From the NCBI RefSeq assembly GCF_009914755.1, contig NC_060932.1: 64,000 nt of DNA. The stretch is one strand, 5' to 3'. The DNA is from the human T2T-CHM13v2.0 reference genome, Homo sapiens. The translations under genes were made by a program, and so were the position numbers. Shown here piece after piece: positions 54,701-64,000 of the stretch (positions are counted from its first letter, which is position 1; every line of letters starts with the position of its first letter). The notes under the pieces were generated by a model. That model was not told the origin of the DNA and did not search any database. It saw nothing but the letters and a program-made list of their open reading frames with translations.

Positions 54701-57656
54701 GTGTAAAGTAACATAATTTCATGCAGAGCAGAAGTTCTCCATGGTAATTATTCATACCTGGTAATTCAAGTGGGGCCTGAAAACTTCAGTCTCTTCACAG
54801 TAATTACGTGGAGTTCTGCAATGAATTCCTGGTGATTATGATTTTACCTTTCTCCAAACCCCCAAAACTGTTCCTTTCAGTTATCTCATTAAAAATTATT
54901 GACCCCTGAAGTAAGGAAGGAGCAAACAAGGGATAAATAAGCTTGGAGGTAGAATAATGAGAGTTGTAAAAGTTAAACTATCATGGCCTTTATGTATTCA
55001 CTCAAGTAAAACGTTGGCTCATCTATTCAAAGTGAAGCATAAAGGAGTTACAACAGACTAATTTTATTTTAAGTAAATCCCTATCAATTCTACATCTTTT
55101 TTTAAAAAAAATAGGAGAAAGTATAAAGTATTATCAGACAGAACTAATTCACAAAAATTATATTTCCTCAGTACAGTGGCATAGCAGGTGAACCAGGGTA
55201 GCCTGCAAGCCCAACCGTAATGGTAAAAGCAAGCCAGTTGCAGTTCAGTTTCCAAGTGGAATTTGCTAATTCAGCATGCCAAGGCTTTGGCATTGGTACT
55301 GATGTAACACAGAACCTGCTGCCTATGCGTGAGGAGAACACTGTTGATATTTTCCCTAGGTAGTATGGCATAACTAATGAGACAGAGATTTTGATGGGCA
55401 AGAATAATCTCAGCAACCCTCATGACTTTCTAGGAAAACAATGTATTTCTGACAAAAGTTGTTTTCAAACTCCAGAAGAACTTTATTCTATGATTATATC
55501 TCTATATCCAGAAAAAAATTGTTAAAAAGAGTATACTTAACACTAAAGAATTTTCAGTAATATATACAGGCTTGTTGATAATGCAAATATAAAGGACTGG
55601 GAGGACTGACAGTTTTGAAATAGGGAATAGTTCTTACTTGAGCTCACAGTAAACAGTATATAGATATTGGCTTTTTAAGTTAGTTTTAGTAATAGAGATT
55701 ATTTTTTCATTGCAATGTCTGGTTTCCTCTCCAAACAATTTCACCATTCTCATCAGAGCCGATAGCCACAGTAGTTTAGTTTCTTAGAACAATTTTTGAA
55801 GACTTGTTCATTTTTTCTTCTTGCCCTGTGCCATTTTTTTCCAAACTGTTACCTAATATAACTGGTAATCAGTTAATACATTCAGCTTGTGTTTTGTTAG
55901 AAGGTAAATATTGCTAATATTTTATAATTCTAGTTGACTATTTAGTAATATTGTACTTTATTCTAAAGTGATGTGCCAAGTCCCCCCAAAAATAAATAAA
56001 ACAAAAAATATAGTAAGATTTTATATCAAACAACTGTAGGTCAGAAAAAAATTGTATTATACCAGAGGAAGGTGGAGTCCTGAAGAAAGCAGAAATCTAG
56101 GGGTATCATTTTTTTCTATATCAATAATCCTATAGGAATAGGGCCTTGGCAAATGGTTACTTTCTGTCTACAAAGGGAATGCAGGTTGCATACAATGCAA
56201 GTGAGAACTATGTATCTATTAGCTAAAATATCTCTTTTAAGTTCTCTCCACTATTTTTTCTTGATGCTAAGGTGTAGGTTTAAATGCACATAACATTAAT
56301 AATGTACAACTCTCCCTCAGGATGTGAACCTCAAAAGAAGGAGAAACATACCAGATAGGAACAGAGCATTTCCTGATTTACTAAGTACATCTTGCTTATG
56401 AAGCATAAACCCAGTATTATGTTTATTTGTTCTTGATTTCAAGCTCTCTATCATACTGACAATCTAGTTTAATACCCCATACATTTTTTTAAAAAATTAC
56501 TTAATAAGGCATTGCCATTATTTTATCATGTGTACTATGCCAAGAAGGTTTAATGTTCACAAAGATTGCATAAACCAGTTCAGCCATATCTCTTCATAGA
56601 AGTTTGTAACATGTTAACTTTATGTACAATTTACATAATGTATAAATGGTATACCTCCTTCTTTCTTATCTCAACAATAACGTGATTAGAATTGATTAAA
56701 ATGCAATACTTGTCTTGTAAGTTGTGCTTTTCATTTATGCCAGCTTTATTATAAGTAGAATTATTTCTTAACCAGCAGCCCAAATATCAGTTTGTCAAAA
56801 ATTTCTTCCAGAGAACAGTAAGTATAAAATACAGTATCGAATGTATTTTCAAAATATTTAAAAATATATAGCCAAAGAAGCTAATGGCAAAGTGATGCTT
56901 TTCCTGTTAAATTTAATAGGGGATGCTGACCCTCACTGGTAGGAGACTACCTCCTCTGATGTATTATGCAATTACATTGATGGATGGTTAATTGAGTCAC
57001 TGTGGCAGACCATATGTTTACTCATGACCTGAATGTCATTGGTCAGGTTATGGCTTCACATCTCTGGCCTTTTAACTATACTGTTTTGAAGAATACCTGT
57101 TTTAAATTTAAACTTCTGGTTTAAAATGCCCATAGTAAAATAAATTATTAATTCCATCATCAGGAATTTGCACACAATTGCCTTTGTCACCAAGAGGACT
57201 TAGATAGTGTTTGTTACATGATTTGAAACCACTAATAAATGTACCAGAACAGTGGTGTATATAATGCAATTGTCTCAGTGTATGTGTTCTCTGAAATTAA
57301 TAGACACCTCATTTGAACATTCATAAATATACATGCAGATACTTAATATTTAGTTTTCTGGTTTTTTAATAGAGAATACTAAGGAACATTTATCAACGGC
57401 TGCCCTTACCAAAATCATACAGTGAATAAACATTATATTTGGTGTTCTCAGTTTCCCACTGTCCTTCCTATGTCCAACATGGCTTCTCTGTTCCTCAGGG
57501 TGAAAGTGGTAAATACTTTAGTTAATGTTCTCTGATACTTGTAATATTGGAGAAGGGCATTTTTTAGTTCCCCTAAATACCAAGAACTAAGCAGCCATCT
57601 ATTTATGAGGTCAGAATAGGTAATTGAAGTGAATGGTCTCTTGTGGCTTTTAAGAG

Positions 57657-57860
57657 AGGTGTATAGTAAAGAGGAATGACTAAAAGCATAGACCTGGTTT
57701 GGAATCTTCACTCTGTCACCAGTCAGTTTGAGCATGCTTTATAACATTCCCAATTAGTTTGCTTAAATACAAAATTGAGATAATAATATCTATATCATAA
57801 AGTGTTGTGATGATTCATTAAAATTCTATATTTTTGCTCCAAGTACAGTTCAGAGCAGTC
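57657..57860 (+). mobile_element. MIR
   Basis: AGACCTGGTTTGGAATCTTCACTCTGTCAC…AAAATTGAGATAATAATATCTA…GTTGTGATGATT. Confidence 0.65.
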
Positions 57861-57889
57861 ATTTCACATAAAGCCTTCAGCAATCAATA

Positions 57890-58110
57890 AAATAATAATA
57901 AAAATAATAATAACTACCATTTTTTGAGCACTTGGTTTTATAAAGGAATTGGCGTACAGGCATTGTCCCAATTATCTTTAATACAATGATATCACATACT
58001 ATTATTATGCCCATTTTACAAGTAATGAAACTGAAGATCCTAGGAGTTTGTTCTAGATCATAAGGGGAATAAGTGAAAGAATACAACACTAAATCCATGC
58101 TGTGTGACTA
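57890..58110 (-). mobile_element. MIR
   Basis: AATAACTACCATTTTTTGAGCACTT…TACTATTATTATGCCCATTTTACA…GAAACTGAAG. Confidence 0.65.
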
Positions 58111-58580
58111 CAACGGTGATACATAAATATTCATGACAAGTTTTCCTAACTTGACAACAAAAAATTAACTATTGTATCTTTTCCTTATGTATCCAAGTAT
58201 TTAGAGCCAGCTCAATGACCACCAATAGAGAAAAATAATGATAGGAATACTTATCTGAGTTAAAATTCTTGATCAGAGTTCTTCTACAAACTTCTTGAGT
58301 CACCTTTCAGTGCCATTTGATTCTGGGTTATGATTATGGTCTCCTATGAGTGAAAATTTTGGACAGTAAGAGAGGGCTCCAATTAGCTTCTGCCCTTTGC
58401 ATCATGCTGTATGAATACTAATAATTTCCCATCTCAATTCACTCATTTTTTATTTTAAGAAAATCTTACAGATTTTTTTAAATCAATATTTTTAGACAGC
58501 ACTTTATTCTTGTGATTTATCTTGAGTCTGTATTGAAACAACAACTCTATCTCATGGAATAACCAATTACATTTGCATCA

Positions 58581-59139
58581 CATGGTAGCAGAATTCAAAG
58601 ATGGCCCCCAAAACATCTGCCCTGTTGTCTGTGCACCCTGCATAATCCTTGGGGCTTTGAAAATGATGGACATCTTATCTGGGGTGAGTCTGGCCTAATC
58701 AGCAGAGCCCTGGAGAAGAAATGGACTTTTCCTAATGTCAGAGATTCAGGGCATGAGAGAATTCCATACAAGAGAGATTCTCTACTGCTAGCTTTGAAGG
58801 AGGAGGGGAACATGAGACAAGAAATGCAGGCAGCCTTTAGGAATGGAGTGGCTCCCCAACTAATAACCAGCAAGAAAACAAGTACTTCAGAACTACATCC
58901 ACAGGCAATTTAATTCTACCAATAATCTCAATGCACTTGAAGGTCATCCTTTCTTAGTGCCCCCAGATGAGAACTCAGTTTGGCTGACACTTTGATTTTA
59001 GCCTTAGAATGAGTGAATTATGATCAGGACCAGAAATCCTAAGCTTGTCACATTGTGTCTGGACTCATTAATAAAAAGGTATTGTTTTAAGCTACTAAAT
59101 TTGTGACAATTTGTCATATAACAATAGAAAACTAATACA
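58581..59139 (+). mobile_element. MLT1E-type MaLR solo LTR
   Basis: CAGAATTCAAAGATGGCCCCCAA…TTTTAAGCTACTAAATTTGTG…AATAGAAAACTAATACA. Perfect 5-bp TSD CATCA at 58576-58580 and 59140-59144. Confidence 0.88.
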
Positions 59140-62100
59140 CATCATTTATAATATAGCTTATTTAAAAGCAAGAGTTATTCTTAGGAGCTAATGAAAAAAA
59201 TAATATGTATGCTTCTGATATTAAATATCCATAGGTCTTGTAGCATACAAGTGCTACGTATCTTTATAGTACAATCATGATTACAAGTATGGTAAGTAGT
59301 TTAGTGAAATACTTTGTTGAACTGTGGTTATTTTAAACTAATCACTTGGATTTTGATAGTCAAAATAAACATTTCTGCTTGTTTATAAAAATGACATGAA
59401 ATACCTTCTATATTTGTACATGCTGTTTTGCATATTTTTTCTCTAACCCAATAATTTTTAAAGCTATTTCAATTCTCCAAATGTTTTAAGGTAAATACTA
59501 TTACTTTTTCATGTCATTGTGGCAGAACTTGCTTCTATGTAATCCTACTTTATCCATGACATGTCTTTGATGATTCATCCAGTTGACAAGTTACTGTCTG
59601 CTTTTAAGCTCTTTAGTTTGCATCAACATTGAGATGAAATGAGACTTGAACAAGCTGTACCATCGAAACAAAATAACATACAATCATTGTATTGTTAAAA
59701 AAATAAAGCTTTGTAATGGACAAAAATAGCTAATGGAGTAGGATCTTTGATTCAATCCTTGATTTTCTCACAGAATGTTCAGAATTAACTTAAATATCCT
59801 TTGTCCAATGACTTTAGCCTATAATTAAAAACAGAGAGCTCATCTTTGTTATATAATGTTTTACAGCTATATTAAAATATATTATGATTATATGTATATA
59901 ATGAAATTGTCAACAATGGTTGAGTCCTGTAATTGTGAACTAAATTCAAGAAAGCTGCCTTGAAGATGAGAACTAACAGTGTCTTCATTTTGATTAGCTT
60001 ACCTTTTCAAGTGTTCTGCTAGAAACCTCTATCACACAAATAGAAGCAATAACTTTATTGTCATCACTATAGCAACTGCAGAAAAATTTATTTCAAAACA
60101 GTTGGCTACCAGAAATTTTTTTCAGGATGGAAACAAGAGTAGATGATATACAATGGTTTAATTCATTTTACAAAAATGTTCTAAACTACTACTGTGATCT
60201 AAACTACTGCACTTTCTTTTATAATGGCAATATAGTCCAGTTGCTTTGTGAATTTTTATTTAAACAATAAGAGATCAAACACATATCCATGTATGTGTTT
60301 AAGTTAATTTTAATTTTCTTTATGAATTAGTGTTCAGCATCTCTTGCATTTTTGAGGACAGCTTACAAAATTTTGTAAGAAGTAGTTTTACATTGATCAT
60401 TCCAAATTTTAGTAGGTAATTATACTATTTTCTGTGAATTATAATATTTAAATAGAAAACATTTCATCATATATCAATATGCATTAAAAATTGAAAATAA
60501 ATTAACACTCTCTTCTCTGCTTTTTACCAAAATAATCACAAATTTAAAGCTAGTTTATTGAATATTTTGTGCTCTCTTAAATTCCGATGCAGGAAAATGC
60601 TCTTGTTCTTCATATATATTTTGTATTTCTCTCAATTTTATCATGAACTTGCATGGTTCAAAGTTGCTGACAATCTGTATTTAAAATAAGATGATCATAT
60701 AGTAGGGCTGCCTAGGCAATTTGTAACCTTTATATCTTTGCTGGAGACAGAGTTCTGAGAACTTCGTTTATAATGGTCTTTTAAAAATGCTTTTCTCGAC
60801 TGATAGGACTTACTTTTTAAGTATTCTTCTCCTACTTTAACTGAAAAAGACCAAGATAAGAATTCAAGATTTCCTGAAATGCATTCTTATGCATGGACTA
60901 TGCACATTTATAAGGTAGCATGGCTACCTTTAGGCTTCCCATAAAGTTTTCTACTGATGACCAACGAGATGAGTCCTCTGGAAAATGAAGGGAAATTGGG
61001 TGCTTTACCAAACCAATCACGATATGAATCTAAGCTTTTATAATCTTTGTGTGAATTCTACTCTTGTTAAGACTGAAGAATTAAATCTTTTAAATGTGTA
61101 AGATTATGCATAAAAGAACAATAAAAGATAAAGTTAATACAAGGCTTGTAGTAAACCATTACATAATTAAAATAATTCATAGATTATTTTTTAAAAAGCT
61201 CTTGGTGCTTTAAAATCTAAAGGGATTTTCGTTGTTCATTATTTTCCTTTACTGCAGAATCAGTTGAACGAAACATTTAAAACATACATATTTATATTAT
61301 AGGTATAAGTTCAATATTATGTTGAGCTGCTGAGAAAGACTAATTAGATATTGTTAGCAATACATTTTGAAAACGTTTCCACAAAGAGTCTTGTTCAGTC
61401 AAAAGTATTTCTTATAAATACTTTTTCAATAAAGTTATCATATCTATGCTATGGATAATTGCCATCAATATTCTTTGGATCAAATGAGCTATAATGTAAA
61501 TTGTTGACCTAATGACATATAGAACTATTAAAAATATTTTTGACCTTGAATATATTTTTTATTTAAAGAATCTTTCCCCTTCTAATTAGTAAGAATATTG
61601 TGATGATATTAGCCTTTTGATAATTATATTATTTATATTACCACATGAAAATGGTTTCCTATCATGGCAATAAAAGGTAGTGTATATATAAAAAAATCCC
61701 TCAATTTTTAAACATGTGAACATGATAACATACATATTTACCTCAAAAGTCAGATGTTTCTTCACTAAAAATATATTTTTTATTTTAAACTGATTTAACA
61801 TAAATTGTTTTGTTTAAAAGTTAACAAAATTTTGGAGGCTACCAGTAGATGGCATTCTGGTTTCTGAGGAAATGTTTATTTAGGGATAGGCTCTTTTCTT
61901 TGGGAAAAGAAAAAACAAACATAGAAACTTGTGACAATAGGATTCTTATTGAAAAAGTTATTATTAGAGCTTCCTGAAAAATCTGTAGCCATTCCAAAAA
62001 CAGGTAAGTCTCAAACCATGTTTCCTTTATTAATTTAGTTTACCAAACTCAGTCAGTTTGTTAACACTCGAAGTTGTGATTTGGAAGCTCTCGTGCAATT

Positions 62101-62367
62101 TTATTGAATAAAAATATAATGCTGTGGTAATTTTTAAAACAAACTAGAGAAATAGTGTGTTGGCTTCATTCAAAGCAGTATAATCAATAATCAACTTATA
62201 CTAAGAACCATTTTATAGCCTACTGGCACAAATTTATTCATATTAGCATCATTTAGTCATGGATGAACATGTGATCCAATTTTCCTTCAAATTAACTTAT
62301 TCCAAATAATAAACATAATCTAATGTAGCTTCCTGCACATAACAGATAATTGTTAGGTATTTTTTAA

Positions 62368-62699
<332 letters not shown>

Positions 62700-63799
62700 C
62701 TATCATTCCTTAAGATACTATTATTTCTTGATTTATTTGTAAAAGTACATAAAGTGAAGGTCCTCAAAAATTGTGTTATAAGAACCTCGAATGTCCAGTG
62801 TGGAGGATAGTCCTCTACTATTTGCCAAGAAGCCTTTCATTAATTGTTAGGTTACTTAAGAGGTCATTCAATGAATGCTAAATATATAGCTCCTCTCTAT
62901 AACATTATCCTGAATAGCTGCATGTTTATTTTAATCCTGGGTTAGGAGAGGCATTAAAACCTCATGATCACTGAAAAACAAAACAAAACCAAAAAAACAC
63001 AAAAAACAAGAACTGCAATAACTGTTTCTAACATTCTTACAAATAATCAAGAAGCCAAACATATTTAAAGCCACTCAGATTATCTTTTAGCAAATATGAC
63101 AAAAGAATAAAAAAACTTAAACAAATTAAAAGTGCAATAAAGATCCATGTGGGTGATCATTTAGAGAGCAACCAATTTCCAAACACTGTTTTCATTACTT
63201 TCAATTTACCAACAAATAACTAACATAAAAATTATAAGTTTTCTTCTTATTAAACCCGTCCTCCTTAGGAATGTAAAATAGAGTACTTCGATAGTTTATA
63301 TGTACTGGGTAATTAAAAATGAATTAAAGTCTATTTTTCCAAAAATCTAGATTTTGTATTAATTCTCACCATCTTTCCTTCATTGATCTAATAGGATAAG
63401 TTTCTATTGAAATAAGGCACAAATAATATTCCATGTGAGAAGGAATAATTAATCTTTTTTAATACTTTAGAATTTCTGGCTATGGTTTCTAAAACTATCG
63501 ATTTTTCAGTTACTATTAGATTCTTCCACTACAGAAAGTTGAGAAGCATGGACATTTCTGGCTGTCTGTACAATTCAAAATGGCAGGTACCTTGCTATTA
63601 TAAACAAGAAACTATATAGAACATGATTATTTTTATCTACATAGTGTCATCAAGTTTATCTATTCTTGATGGCCTTGCTTAAAAGCCATCTTCAAAAATC
63701 CCTCTCTGATATTCTCAATCAGAAATTGCATTTCTCACTTCTCAATTCTCAGCATTTTATGCCAATTTTTGATATAGTTCTGTTTCTTATTTTTTTTTT

Positions 63800-63985
63800 T
63801 TTTGCATTTTGTTCATATATGTTTTCTATATTCCCTATGCAATAAGTTCTTTGGAGGAAAGTCCATTATTGTATCTCCCACAAGGGCTACAAAACTGTGT
63901 TTCATGTACTAGGCACTAAACAATCATTTTCAAGTTTACAATAGAGACTAGTGTAATAAGCACAATAAATGCTTTTTGAATTAAG
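63800..63985 (+). mobile_element. L2 3' end fragment
   Basis: TAAGTTCTTTGGAGG…TTGTATCTCCC…TAGGCACTAAAC…CAATAAATGCTTTTTGAAT. Confidence 0.5.
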
Positions 63986-64000
63986 ACTATGAAATCAATA

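Noticed and set aside
57657-58110. Tail-to-tail MIR pair as a possible hairpin or miRNA precursor
   Set aside because: The two copies are too diverged by eye to form a stable long stem.

Overview
This is AT-rich, CpG-poor primate (human-like) non-coding DNA, intronic or intergenic. AluS/AluY, L1PA, LTR12 and THE1 elements point to a simian, probably catarrhine, genome. I find no supportable host protein-coding exon, RNA gene or CRISPR-like array. Every long ORF comes from a transposon: Tigger1 transposase, L1 ORF1/ORF2, HERV-L gag and ERVL pol. Main contents, in order: a Tigger1 split by an Alu with an inverted terminus (1-2.3 kb); scattered MIR, L2 and MER relics; a 3'-truncated HERV-L provirus (MLT2A LTR plus gag, 23.3-24.5 kb); a two-LTR MLT1 provirus (34.7-36.9 kb); an old ERVL pol/LTR33 relic (38-39 kb); and a 13-kb nested cluster (39.2-52.1 kb). 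In that cluster an old L1MA hosts an AluY, an MST provirus (itself carrying LTR12C and THE1 LTRs), a doubly truncated L1PA with a 600-aa RT ORF, and a half-MADE1. I do not see a convincing new biological system. The most interesting signals are mechanistic scars: a tail-less, TSD-flanked L1PA that looks internally primed, and several templated or inverted micro-rearrangements. Repeat family names come from my recollection of consensus sequences, not from a database search, so subfamily calls and boundaries of old elements are approximate.
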